Shown here: piece by piece, positions 9,918 to 19,911 of the stretch
Numbering within the stretch: position 1 is the first letter of the stretch
Layout of the letters: the number at the start of each line of letters is the position of its first letter
Assembly: GCA_963793265.1 (NCBI GenBank)
Contig: CAWBZI010000002.1
Span: forward strand, 256,001 to 320,000
Direction of reading: 5' to 3'
Length of the DNA: 64,000 nt
Source of the DNA: an uncultured cyanobacterium
Lineage (GTDB): Bacteria > Cyanobacteriota > Cyanobacteriia > Phormidesmidales > Phormidesmidaceae
Position numbers and translations under genes: made by a program
The notes under the pieces: generated by a model
Told to the model about the DNA's origin: nothing
Seen by the model: the letters and a program-made list of their open reading frames with translations, nothing else
Databases searched by the model: none

Positions 9918-12770
9918 CTAGAAAGAGAACTGAATACCCCCGGCGACTTGAGGCCCTACCCCACTGCTAAAGACATCTTCTAGCCGTAAGTACACACCAG
10001 GCCCCTGAGCGCGGCCAATGCCTTCTTTTTGAGGCGTGCGATCGCCATTTTCATCCAACACAAACCGATTGACCGGCACCGCTACAGATTCGCCGTTCTC
10101 ACTCATTAGCGTTTCCATAAGCTGAGCGCCGCTGCTGTCGTACACCGGCTCTGTTTCGTAAAGCGCGATCGCCCTGCCTGAGGCGTCATATTGATAGGCT
10201 TCGCGCTGCACCTCTCCAAATGGATGGAACAACACTTCTGCGCGCCAGCCAATGCCGCCGTCATGACGGCGACCGATCACGGTTTCTTTGGCAAACAGCT
10301 CAGCGCGCACGGTATTAGCAGCGGTCGTCCAGGGCGTATTGCCAAAATTAAACACACCGCCCAAAGCAATTTCACCTTGCACCGCAGAGAAATTGGCCTG
10401 TGAATCTGTCTCGGTTGTTGTCTCTTCATCTGCCGATACCAGCCTGGCGACCATCGGCGCATTCTCTTCAGCGGTCACACTGCTTGCTAAAAACTCTTCT
10501 CCGCGCACCAGGCGCTGCTGAACATTTCTCTCAATGCTAGAAACATCTGTTGTGGTGCGTGTGCCTTCTACAAACCGAACGTTTTCAAGCTCGCCTTGGC
10601 TGTTGATATCAAATAGCGCTGTGCCTGTGTTCTGCGCGGTGGTGGTGGTTTCTCGCTGTGAGGAGTCCACCTGCGTGAGTGGCGTAAAGAACGTATCGAG
10701 CGTTCTAAGCTGTCTCATTTCATCGATATCGCGAGCAATCGTAGTCGTCGTGCGCTGAACGGTATCTTGCTGGTTGCCAAGTCCGCCTGTGAGCGCGCCG
10801 CCCAAATAAAAGCCTGCTGCCCGCGTTGTTTTTCTGTAGGCATTTTGCCCCACATCACCCACCACCACGTCCATTGGAAACAGCATATTTCCAACCCGCG
10901 CATCGGCCTCAGCGGCTAAGCCGACGTCTACTGTCGGCACCGGCTGACCACCCAACGTCTCGGCATAGATGCCTTGCACGCCATTAAATAAGCTGGTGAC
11001 TGCGTTGCCGTCAGGCAGGGTATCTTCTACCGCATAGACCTCTGGCATCTCCTGCACAAAGTTTTGTGGGTACTGGTCTGCTGCGATAATTTTGAAGCCA
11101 CCGTCAGCAATCTGGTAGCCATTGCCTTGTCGAGTCACTGCGTATGAGCCCCCTACCTGCAATGCTTGGCCTGTCTGCTGAGGCACCAGTGCGTAGATCA
11201 TGCGAGTTGCCTCTTGAGCTTCTAGTGAGATCGGGGTTTGCGCGTAGCCGTTATTGGCCCACTGCGGCACAAAGGTAATCTCGCCCGCTGCACCTTCAAT
11301 CAGCAGGCCGCCAACGTTGTCGGTATAGGCAGAATCTCCTCTGCCTACCCGCGTAGGATCAGCCGGTGCGATCACCACAGCGCGATCGCTCGGTAGCTCA
11401 AAGATCCCGTCTCTCGAAAAAATCTGACTTCCCAACACCGTCTCACTCTGCGTCGGTGGCACGTAGCCGACCCATCGCTGGTTGTTCAACAATCCAGTCG
11501 GTTCGAGCAGCCGATCGTCGCCACTAGCAGGCTCAATCACATTCCCAAATACATCTGTTGCCTGCCGGTGTGTTCGGTTGAGAAACTGCGTAACGCCGAC
11601 AGTTGCAGAGAGCCCGGCTTCGTTGTCGCCCACAAAGGGATTAAAGTTGAGATTACCGTGCAGGAGCGTTGGCGGTGCGCTCGGATTTTTTATTAGCGGT
11701 GCGAGCTGTCCGGTGACCCCTACACCGTCACTGCCTAATCGCACTTCAGATTCTGCGGTGTAGCGGTCGTAAATCAAATATTCGCCCGCTTCAGTTAGCG
11801 CTGCTGAGGCGTGACCTAGCCGGTCTGCTATCGTATCAGGCGCTTCTACGCTGCCAAAAGTCTTCTCACTTTGTTCATCTGTTTCGACTTCTCGAAGCGT
11901 TCTGACGACTTCGGTTTCAAGCCGCTCCTCCTGTCGAGTTTCCGGTGCCAACGGCGTTTCAGACTGGAGGTCTTCTACAACAACCTCGCTAATTTCTTCT
12001 AACGTTAGCGCCTCGCCCCGGCCCCCTGAAATTTGTAGATAGTCACCGTCGTTAAAGTCTCTATCGCCACCGTCTTGAAGATCTTCAACAATAAACTGAC
12101 CGTCTTCGGTGAAGTATATCGCTGACTCATTCGGCGCAGCGTTGTCTTCTCTAATATTAAGCACGCGCAGCTCAACCGTTTCATCTGCGCCATAGCTCGC
12201 TGTGACCTGGGCGCTTTCGGGTAAGCGATCACCCTGATTAAACTGAACGCGATCGCCCCTAACAAAAGCCGATTCCTCTGATTTAACCGACCCATCTTCA
12301 TTAAAAACCGTCACTGTAATGCCCTCACCAAAGGCATGATTACCTCGACCATAGTTCACATCAAACTGAGTCGTTAGCTCCAAAGTTTCTGTTTGGAGCT
12401 GATAGGTTGCCCTCGGATTTTCTTGGGACAAAATGTTGTTGAAAGCGCCGTTGATGTAGTCTACATCGGTGGTAAGTTCGATGCTGTTAGGCGCAAAAAC
12501 GCCTGGGCGTGGCGGTAGGGAAACGCCCTCTCTAGCATCTATGGGCAGGCGGTCGGGCAAAGCAATATTAGAGCCGTTATTCAGCTCGCCTGTTTGAAAG
12601 TCGAAGGCGTTGTTATCGACTCTCACCACGCCGCTGGCACTGTCGTAGAAGATTTCTTGAGCGATCGCGCCCTCTGCCATCAGCCCTAGACCACCCGTTG
12701 CGATCAAAACTGACAACAGAGCTGCAGAAGGCACGTTATAAGAAGTGGAAGCTGGGTGTAGGGATGTCAT
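9918..12770 (-). CDS. Large secreted acidic protein, putative outer-membrane protein; paralog 3 of 4
   Basis: Signal peptide ending AIA-Q; EDLQDGGDRDFNDGDY; C-terminus AGGIQFSF. Confidence 0.87.
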   Translation of the reverse strand: MTSLHPASTSYNVPSAALLSVLIATGGLGLMAEGAIAQEIFYDSASGVVRVDNNAFDFQTGELNNGSNIALPDRLPIDAREGVSLPPRPGVFAPNSIELTTDVDYINGAFNNILSQENPRATYQLQTETLELTTQFDVNYGRGNHAFGEGITVTVFNEDGSVKSEESAFVRGDRVQFNQGDRLPESAQVTASYGADETVELRVLNIREDNAAPNESAIYFTEDGQFIVEDLQDGGDRDFNDGDYLQISGGRGEALTLEEISEVVVEDLQSETPLAPETRQEERLETEVVRTLREVETDEQSEKTFGSVEAPDTIADRLGHASAALTEAGEYLIYDRYTAESEVRLGSDGVGVTGQLAPLIKNPSAPPTLLHGNLNFNPFVGDNEAGLSATVGVTQFLNRTHRQATDVFGNVIEPASGDDRLLEPTGLLNNQRWVGYVPPTQSETVLGSQIFSRDGIFELPSDRAVVIAPADPTRVGRGDSAYTDNVGGLLIEGAAGEITFVPQWANNGYAQTPISLEAQEATRMIYALVPQQTGQALQVGGSYAVTRQGNGYQIADGGFKIIAADQYPQNFVQEMPEVYAVEDTLPDGNAVTSLFNGVQGIYAETLGGQPVPTVDVGLAAEADARVGNMLFPMDVVVGDVGQNAYRKTTRAAGFYLGGALTGGLGNQQDTVQRTTTTIARDIDEMRQLRTLDTFFTPLTQVDSSQRETTTTAQNTGTALFDINSQGELENVRFVEGTRTTTDVSSIERNVQQRLVRGEEFLASSVTAEENAPMVARLVSADEETTTETDSQANFSAVQGEIALGGVFNFGNTPWTTAANTVRAELFAKETVIGRRHDGGIGWRAEVLFHPFGEVQREAYQYDASGRAIALYETEPVYDSSGAQLMETLMSENGESVAVPVNRFVLDENGDRTPQKEGIGRAQGPGVYLRLEDVFSSGVGPQVAGGIQFSF

Positions 12771-12980
12771 TTCAGGAACCGAGGAAATTGCTGTACAAGA
12801 AGTGAAAAGATGTATAAAATTACACTTCTTATTCGCAATCCTACTGACAGCAACCCTGAGGTCACCTCCGTACAGTCGTCTTTGCCTCAGTAGTCACCCA
12901 TACTAATCGAGTAAAGTTTATCTTCTAAAAGCTAATAGAATCAGTACTCCTACGTAGATTATTGAATAATCAACGCTGAC

Positions 12981-13000
12981 AACTTTACATAGTTGAAATT
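12981..13000. promoter_or_regulatory. Conserved imperfect palindrome upstream of paralog 3
   Basis: AACTTTACATAGTTGAAATT, same AACTTYA-N6-TRAAATT layout. Confidence 0.45.
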
Positions 13001-13037
13001 GAGATGAATTAATCAAGCACTGCCCTAAAACGCTGAA

Positions 13038-13057
13038 AGCCTCTCAACTGAGAGGCT
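13038..13057. terminator. Hairpin after paralog 4, possible terminator
   Basis: AGCCTCTCA-AC-TGAGAGGCT about 80 nt past the stop codon. Confidence 0.5.
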
Positions 13058-13135
13058 CTAGCTTTTTGAAGCAGCGATAAAACTGGCAGCAGAGTGTGTG
13101 TAACTTTGGCAAAGGTCTTGACTTGTTTGCTGAAG

Positions 13136-16060
13136 CTAGAAGGCAAACTGAAGGCCACCTGCAATCACAACGCCATCGTTATCGCTAAAAATATCTTCTA
13201 GGCGCAGATAAACACCCGGCCCTTTAGCGCGCCCTGTCCCGACCGTTTCGGCCACGCGATCGCCGAACTCATCTACAACAAACTGGTTCACAGGCACCGT
13301 AGCCGTCTCACCATCTGCCAAAGTAATCGAATCTAGGAGCTGAGAACCGCTGCTGTCTAGTACCGGCTCCGTTTTATAAAGGGCCACTGCGTTTCCTAGC
13401 GTGTCGTACTGATAGGCTTCCTTGTGCACCTCACCAAAAGGATGAAACACCACCTCGGTTCTCCATCCTGTTTCGTTACCACGACTGCTGCGCCCAAATA
13501 CTGCATCTCTGGTAAACAGCTCAGCTCGCACGGTATTTGCCGCAGGCGACCACGGCGTATTGCCAAAGTTCATCACGCCGCCCAAAGACAGCTCGCCCTG
13601 CACAGAAGAGAAGTTCGCATACGAATCGGTATCCTCTGTTGTCTCGCTGTCTGTCTCAACAAACCTACGCTCAGTCACTTCTGTTCTTTCAAATGGCGTG
13701 CTGCTTACCAGCTCCTCTTCACCTCGCTCAATTTGAGTTTCACGCGCTAGCTCTCTAGTCGAAGTTTGAGTGCTTCGAGTGTCTTCTACAAACCTGGCCT
13801 CAGCAATTTCTCCTCGTTCGTTGATGGTGAAAAAGGCCATGCCGACACCCGTCGTATTTTCAGATATCTCTGTAATGACAGAATCGACCTGCGATCGCGG
13901 CGTCATAAACGTATCGATCGTTCCTTGGGTTCTAATCTCATTAGTCACCAGCTCGCGTGAAGAAGTCGTCCGGCTCACCCGATCTTTCTGGTTACCAATT
14001 CCGCCTGTCAGCAGCCCGCCAATATAAAAGCCAAAGGATCGAGTCGTCCGCGCATAGGCTCCCTGGCCCTCAGAGCCAACGACCGTATCTAATGGAAACA
14101 ACGCATTTCCAACCCGCGCGTCAACCTCATCAGCAACAGTCACATCTACTGTTGGCACGGGCTCGCCGCCGGGTGCTTCTACATAAACGCCCCGAATACC
14201 ATTGAACAAATCGGTAATCGTATTCCCGACCGGCAGCGTGTCTTCTACGGCGTATACCTCCGCTGTCTCTGCAACAAAGTTATCCGGCTGTCGGTCAGCA
14301 GAAATAACGGTAAAGCCGCCGTCAGCAATCTGGTAGCTGTCAGGCCCGTCTACCACCGCATATCGCTCGCCAAGCTGTAGCGCCTGTCCCGACTGCTGTG
14401 GCACCAGCGCATAAATTGCTCGCGTAGCCTCGCCAGCTTCTAATACAATCGGCTCCGCGGCAAAACCAGCTGCTGTCCACTGAGGCACGAACGTTAAGTT
14501 CCCGGCCGCATCTTCAAGTAAAAGACCACCGACATTGTTGACGTAGGCTGCGTTTCCTCTGCCAGTGGCTGTCGCTGGACGGGTGATCTCTACCGCCTGA
14601 TCGCCCGGCAGCTCAAAAATACCGTTTGTTGGAAATATCTGAGGCCCTAGTGCCGTTTGATTAGGGGTTGATGGCACATAGCCCACCCAGCGGCGGTTAT
14701 TAAATAAGCCCGCTGGCTCAAGCAGCCGAGGCCCGTCTGGATCGGGGTTAACAATCTCATTGCCAAACACGTCTTTAGCGACCCGGTGCGTTCGATTGAA
14801 AAACTGTGTGATTCCAAGCCCTGTGGTGAAGCCCGCCTCATTGTCACCCACAAAAGGATTAAATCGCACGTCTCCGGTGAGTAGCGTGGGCGGCGCGCTT
14901 GGATTTCTAATCAGTGGCGCAAGCTGACCCGTTGCCGCTAGGCCATCACTACCCAACCGAAACCGGCCTGTGCTCGTATAGCGATCGTAAACGAGTAAAT
15001 CACCTTCTGCGCTGCGCGCGCCTCTGGCATGACCTAATCGAGGTGAAAGAAACTCGGCTATTTCGACTTCCCCATAATCTCGCTCCTCTGTGATTAGCGC
15101 TGATGCAGGGGTCACTTCCTCAACTTCTAGCTCCCTGATAACAACAGTCTCCTGCCGCATTTCAGGATCAAGCGGCATCTCATCAGGAATTCTTTCTATC
15201 GAAGTCTCGTTGAGTTCAGTCTGTGCTAACGCCTCACCTTCTCCGCCCGTAATTAGTAGATAGTCACCATCGTTAAAGTCTCTGTCGCCGCCCTCTGGTA
15301 GGTCTTCAACGACTAGCTGGCCGTCTTCAGCAAAATAAACGCCTGATTCGAATGGCTGTCCATTGTTTTCTCTAAGATTAAGCACGCGCAGCTCAACATT
15401 GTCTTCTGTTCCATACGTTACGCTAATATCTTCACTTTCGGGCAACTGTTCGCCGTCTGGCCCAATCACAATGGCATCGCCGCGTACAAAAACGCGCTCT
15501 CGGCTAATCACCTCACCATCTGGCCCGAACACAACCGCCTCAATGCCCTCGCCAAAGTCGTGATTGCCAACGCTACGGTTTACATCAAAGTCTGTAGTGA
15601 CCTGCAAAGAATCAGGCTGCAATTGAAACGTGTTGCCCTCTTCTGGGGTCAAAATGCTATCAAGTGCCTCGTTGATATAGTCCACATCAGAACTCAACTC
15701 AACATTGTTGGGCGCTAAGATCCCGGCGTTTGTAGGTAGTGGAACGCGGTCTGAGGTTTCACTAGGTAGCCCGTCTGGTATGGGAATATCAGACTCGTTT
15801 GAGAATCGGCCTGTTTGAATATCAAAAGCGTTGTTGTCTAGCCGCACAAAACCGGTATTGGGATCGAGGGAAATATTAGGATTGGTTTGGGCGATCGCAC
15901 TCCGTTTTCCTACACCAATCCCACTGACTGCTAGCAACAAACTCAAAAACGCTAGCACAGGGCGAAGCGAAGCATGGTGATGGGTAACGGAGCGAACAAC
16001 ACAAAGAACAGCATTAAGCTGAGAAACACTGACTGATCCGAATAATTTCATGACTGACAT
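13136..16060 (-). CDS. Large secreted acidic protein, putative outer-membrane protein; paralog 4 of 4
   Basis: Signal ending AIA-Q; EDLPEGGDRDFNDGDY; C-terminus AGGLQFAF. Confidence 0.87.
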   Translation of the reverse strand: MSVMKLFGSVSVSQLNAVLCVVRSVTHHHASLRPVLAFLSLLLAVSGIGVGKRSAIAQTNPNISLDPNTGFVRLDNNAFDIQTGRFSNESDIPIPDGLPSETSDRVPLPTNAGILAPNNVELSSDVDYINEALDSILTPEEGNTFQLQPDSLQVTTDFDVNRSVGNHDFGEGIEAVVFGPDGEVISRERVFVRGDAIVIGPDGEQLPESEDISVTYGTEDNVELRVLNLRENNGQPFESGVYFAEDGQLVVEDLPEGGDRDFNDGDYLLITGGEGEALAQTELNETSIERIPDEMPLDPEMRQETVVIRELEVEEVTPASALITEERDYGEVEIAEFLSPRLGHARGARSAEGDLLVYDRYTSTGRFRLGSDGLAATGQLAPLIRNPSAPPTLLTGDVRFNPFVGDNEAGFTTGLGITQFFNRTHRVAKDVFGNEIVNPDPDGPRLLEPAGLFNNRRWVGYVPSTPNQTALGPQIFPTNGIFELPGDQAVEITRPATATGRGNAAYVNNVGGLLLEDAAGNLTFVPQWTAAGFAAEPIVLEAGEATRAIYALVPQQSGQALQLGERYAVVDGPDSYQIADGGFTVISADRQPDNFVAETAEVYAVEDTLPVGNTITDLFNGIRGVYVEAPGGEPVPTVDVTVADEVDARVGNALFPLDTVVGSEGQGAYARTTRSFGFYIGGLLTGGIGNQKDRVSRTTSSRELVTNEIRTQGTIDTFMTPRSQVDSVITEISENTTGVGMAFFTINERGEIAEARFVEDTRSTQTSTRELARETQIERGEEELVSSTPFERTEVTERRFVETDSETTEDTDSYANFSSVQGELSLGGVMNFGNTPWSPAANTVRAELFTRDAVFGRSSRGNETGWRTEVVFHPFGEVHKEAYQYDTLGNAVALYKTEPVLDSSGSQLLDSITLADGETATVPVNQFVVDEFGDRVAETVGTGRAKGPGVYLRLEDIFSDNDGVVIAGGLQFAF

Positions 16061-16714
16061 CTAGGGGGGGTAGAAGCGACGGAGCGATTGAGAAACGCTT
16101 TATAGCGTTATCAACAACTGCTAGGACAAGAGATCTCTTGTTCTAACAGGGCTGTTTATATAGAACAAAAGAGCTGAGTAGCTCATCGAGGTATCTCAAT
16201 GCCAGCAACCTTGCTGGTTACTGGTGAGTGAAAATTTAGCTAGCTACGATGGTGCAGCTAACGACCTTTCAGCCGTATAGATTTCTTTTACGCAACATCC
16301 ACAGCCGTGAGCGAAAAATCCTTTTTAGCAATCTGCGCTGTGCTGTTTTGCTACGACGATTTAGAGCGACACGGCCAATGGCAAAAGAGGAAACCCTGAC
16401 ATACCTTGGTCTGTGTAGAAAAGTACAGACAATAGGTATGTCAAGTAGGGCAAAGTAGCGTAGCAGTTTTTACCTGGAAAAATGGTGTCAAAAACGTCTT
16501 CAAATCTTTTCTTAAAGCGTTCCTGGCGACAGTAAACAGTTAATAAATCAGATGATTCGTAAGGAAAACATCTTTCAAATAGCCTTCCGAACAAAAGCAG
16601 CACATACCGTAGCTGCCGTTTACCTAACGACGATAATTCTAAAATCCAAAGCACCACTTCACACAAACCTTACCTTTATCCTCACGTACTTCACACAAGA
16701 TTAATCTACACCAT

Positions 16715-16755
16715 AAAAAGTTTCCAGTACTGAGGAAGTTCAGCACTGGAAATTT
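16715..16755 (-). terminator. Intrinsic terminator after alpha-amylase
   Basis: AAGTTTCCAGTACTGA/TCAGCACTGGAAATTT stem followed by a T-run on the minus strand. Confidence 0.7.
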
Positions 16756-16870
16756 AATAGTATTAAAAGATACTCAAGCGAAAAAGCGTAAGTTCTAGGT
16801 TAAAGACTGTCCTAACTGTTGAAAGCTTTCAGGCGATCGCGCCCATCGAATATTTCAACTGTTAGCGCCT

Positions 16871-18352
16871 TTAGCCCTCAGGAACCCACACTGACACCGA
16901 TCCAGCGTTGCAGCGAAAGTCAGCCCAGCCCTGATCATTTGTCACAACAGTGTCCTTGATCCCATCCGTAATATCTACGTAAGTGCGGTTAGCCTGGCCT
17001 ACTTCCATCCACTTAGTTCCTTCATCTCCGTTACTGAGCACAACGGCCATTCCGCCCGGCTGCTCCTCGGTTCCTAATCGCGTCCAGCCCAGTGTGTTCG
17101 CATGATCGAAGTAGTCGTACTGATCGCCAAAAGCGTACGTACTTCTAGCTTCTAAAAACTTATCAATAATCCACTGATGACTGTCCATCCAAATTTCATA
17201 CTCACCACCATCTTTGCCGCTGTCTTTATAGTGTGCTCCGTAGTAATCGGCATAGAAAATGCATGGATAGCCCTCACGCCGTAGCAGAATTAGCGCATAG
17301 GCAATTGGCTTAAACCAGGCTTCTACTACCGATTCTAATGACTGTAAGGGCTGAGAGTCGTGATTATCAACGAGGGTCACCGCCAGCGCGGGCTGCTCTT
17401 TGACCAGGGTGTCGTCAAAGATAGATCGCATGTCGTAGTCTTTACCTTTTGTGCTCGCTACGCTGAAGTTGTAGTGCAAGGGCGCATCGAATAGCGCAAC
17501 ATCGCCGCCTGTCACGTCAATAAAATGGTGCAGCGCCTCGATTTCGTCAGACCAGTACTCGCCAACAGCGAACATCCGTTTGCCACTGTATTTGCGCACG
17601 TGCTTTAGCCAGCCTGGGAAGAAGCCCGCTCGAATATGCTTGACCGCATCAAAACGAAAGCCGTCAATATCAGTCGTATCGACATACCACTCGCCCCAGT
17701 TTGCCAGCTCTTTTCCGACCTCGGGATGGCTCAAGTCTAAATCGCAGCCCATTAAATAGTCAAAGCCACCTTTTTCTAAATCAACCGCATCATCAAATTG
17801 TTTGCCTTCAAAAAGATAGACGGCCTTGAAATCATCTGGAGCATACACATTGTAGTCCACCGCGTTGAAGTGCCACCAGTGCCATTCCAGCTCAGAATAC
17901 TTGCCCTGGCGACCTGGAAAAGTGAAGTGAGTCCAGGCTTTAATCGTGACTTGATCCCCAATAGGCTGGGTGCGATCGCTAGGTGCATAGGGCGTCACCT
18001 TAAACTCCTCTTCCTCATCAGCGCCTAGCTTATGATTGAGCACCACATCTGCATATATCTGGATGCCCGCATCGTGCGCTTTCTGAATTGCTGCTACGTA
18101 CTCGTCTTTTGTTCCATATTTTGTCCGCACCGATCCCTTTTGATCAAACTCACCTAGATCAAATAGATCGTATACACCGTAGCCCACGTCATAGCCACCT
18201 GCCGTTCCTTTATAAGCAGGCGGCAACCACAGCGCTGTAATACCTACTTTTGCTAGCGCCTCGGCTTTCTCGGCTACATCGTTCCATAGCTGGCCGTCTG
18301 GCTCGTTATACCAGTGAAAATATTGCATCATCACGCCATTAGGTGCAGACAT
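16871..18352 (-). CDS. amyA: Alpha-amylase, GH13 (cytoplasmic AmyA-like)
   Basis: NGVMMQYFHW, GYGVYDLFDLGEFDQKG, DGFRFDAVKH, EYW, VDNHD conserved regions; ATG at 18352. Confidence 0.95.
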   Translation of the reverse strand: MSAPNGVMMQYFHWYNEPDGQLWNDVAEKAEALAKVGITALWLPPAYKGTAGGYDVGYGVYDLFDLGEFDQKGSVRTKYGTKDEYVAAIQKAHDAGIQIYADVVLNHKLGADEEEEFKVTPYAPSDRTQPIGDQVTIKAWTHFTFPGRQGKYSELEWHWWHFNAVDYNVYAPDDFKAVYLFEGKQFDDAVDLEKGGFDYLMGCDLDLSHPEVGKELANWGEWYVDTTDIDGFRFDAVKHIRAGFFPGWLKHVRKYSGKRMFAVGEYWSDEIEALHHFIDVTGGDVALFDAPLHYNFSVASTKGKDYDMRSIFDDTLVKEQPALAVTLVDNHDSQPLQSLESVVEAWFKPIAYALILLRREGYPCIFYADYYGAHYKDSGKDGGEYEIWMDSHQWIIDKFLEARSTYAFGDQYDYFDHANTLGWTRLGTEEQPGGMAVVLSNGDEGTKWMEVGQANRTYVDITDGIKDTVVTNDQGWADFRCNAGSVSVWVPEG

Positions 18353-18696
18353 GTCGGTACACTCCAAAAAGGGATAGAAGTTATTAGGTTATTCGCACAA
18401 TCATCCTGCCAAATCAGGAGAAGTTGTGCATGTCTAAAGACACATATTCTCTGCGCTCTATCTACAGACGAACAAACAGTTGTTATGTGCGCAAGTGCTT
18501 TCTTCAAAGTTAGCATTACTCTTTACTCAAAAATTAGCCCCTCTATATTATGCAGGGCGGGCTCTTTTCAACTGTCTGGAAATAAGCTGTTCTTTGGTCT
18601 TTTTAGCCACTTATTAGCTACATACACAGCTCAACCAAAAGCCCTAGAATAAAGCATTGTTATTCCCCAGCCCGTAGGCTGAGCGTTGCTTCACAC

Positions 18697-19911
18697 ATGC
18701 TCTCCACTATTAAAGAAATTGCCGATAAGATCTCACCGCGCCTGATCGATATTCGCCGCCACATCCATGCTCATCCTGAACTGAGCGGACAGGAATACAA
18801 AACCGCTGCCTACGTCTCTGGCGTGCTCTCCTCCTGTGGGTATCAGGTGCAGGAAATGGTAGGCAAAACGGGCGTTGTCGCGGAGCTAGAGGGGAAAAAT
18901 CGCCCCCACAAAAACGTCCTTGCTATCCGCACTGACATGGACGCTTTGCCCATTGTCGAAAAAAACGACCTGCCCTTTATCTCTAAGAGCCCCGGCATTA
19001 TGCACGCCTGCGGTCATGACGTTCACACCACCGTCGGCCTGGGCACCGCAATGGTACTCTCCGAACTCACGCAGGCTAGCGACACGCCCTTTCTCAGCAC
19101 GACGCGCTTCCTCTTTCAGCCTGCCGAGGAAACCTCGCAGGGGGCCAAATGGATGATCGAAGACGGGGTGATGAATAATGTAGCTGCTATTCTTGGGGTT
19201 CACGTTTTTCCTAGCATCCCAGCAGGCGTGATTGGCCTGCGCCAGGGGCCGCTGACCGCTGCGGCTGACGACCTTGAGATTGTGATTTTTGGTGAGTCAG
19301 GCCACGGGGCGCGCCCGCATGAGGCGATTGACGCGATTTGGATTGCCGCGCAGGTGATCACGGTGCTGCAGCAGTCTATTAGCCGCACGATTAATCCGCT
19401 GCATCCTGCTGTCATTACAATTGGTCAAATATCAGGGGGTCGTGCGCCGAATGTGATTGCCGATCAGGTGCGGTTGACAGGAACCGTGCGATCGCTCCAT
19501 GCTGACACTCACGCCCTGCTCCCTGAGTGGATCGAAAAGATTGCCACCGATGTGTGCCGCCTCCATGGCGCGACCTGCACTGTGAAATACGTTCGCCGCT
19601 GCACTTCGGTATTAAACAATCCTGACCTGACGAATCTGGTTGCGACCTGCGCGACTGAGGCTTTAGGACGCGATCGCATTCAATGGATAGCGGACGCTTC
19701 TATGGGCGCAGAAGACTTCGCTAACTACACAGACATTGCCCCTGGCACTATGTTCCGTCTCGGCGTCGGCTTTGAGGGCCGCACCAACTATCCGCTTCAC
19801 CACTCCCAGTTTGAAATTCAAGAAGACGCCCTGCTAGCTGGGGTAGTCACGATGGCCTACAGTGCCTACCGCTACTGGCAGCGTGCCTCAGAAGTTGCAA
19901 AAGTTGTCTAG
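18697..19911 (+). CDS. M20D amidohydrolase (N-acyl-L-amino acid amidohydrolase-like)
   Basis: RRHIHAHPELSGQE, RTDMDALP, MHACGHDVH, FQPAEE, GHGARPH, EDF, LHH motifs. Confidence 0.93.
   Translation: MLSTIKEIADKISPRLIDIRRHIHAHPELSGQEYKTAAYVSGVLSSCGYQVQEMVGKTGVVAELEGKNRPHKNVLAIRTDMDALPIVEKNDLPFISKSPGIMHACGHDVHTTVGLGTAMVLSELTQASDTPFLSTTRFLFQPAEETSQGAKWMIEDGVMNNVAAILGVHVFPSIPAGVIGLRQGPLTAAADDLEIVIFGESGHGARPHEAIDAIWIAAQVITVLQQSISRTINPLHPAVITIGQISGGRAPNVIADQVRLTGTVRSLHADTHALLPEWIEKIATDVCRLHGATCTVKYVRRCTSVLNNPDLTNLVATCATEALGRDRIQWIADASMGAEDFANYTDIAPGTMFRLGVGFEGRTNYPLHHSQFEIQEDALLAGVVTMAYSAYRYWQRASEVAKVV

Noticed and set aside
3029..15563. Many 60-180 aa ORFs antisense to the four paralogs (e.g. 6681-7220, 3588-3887)
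   Set aside because: Shadow frames of Thr/Glu/Asp-rich coding sequence; they recur at homologous positions and have no protein motifs
16249..16666. ORFs of 69 and 101 aa in the spacer upstream of paralog 4
   Set aside because: Overlapping, AT-rich and motif-free; more likely promoter DNA
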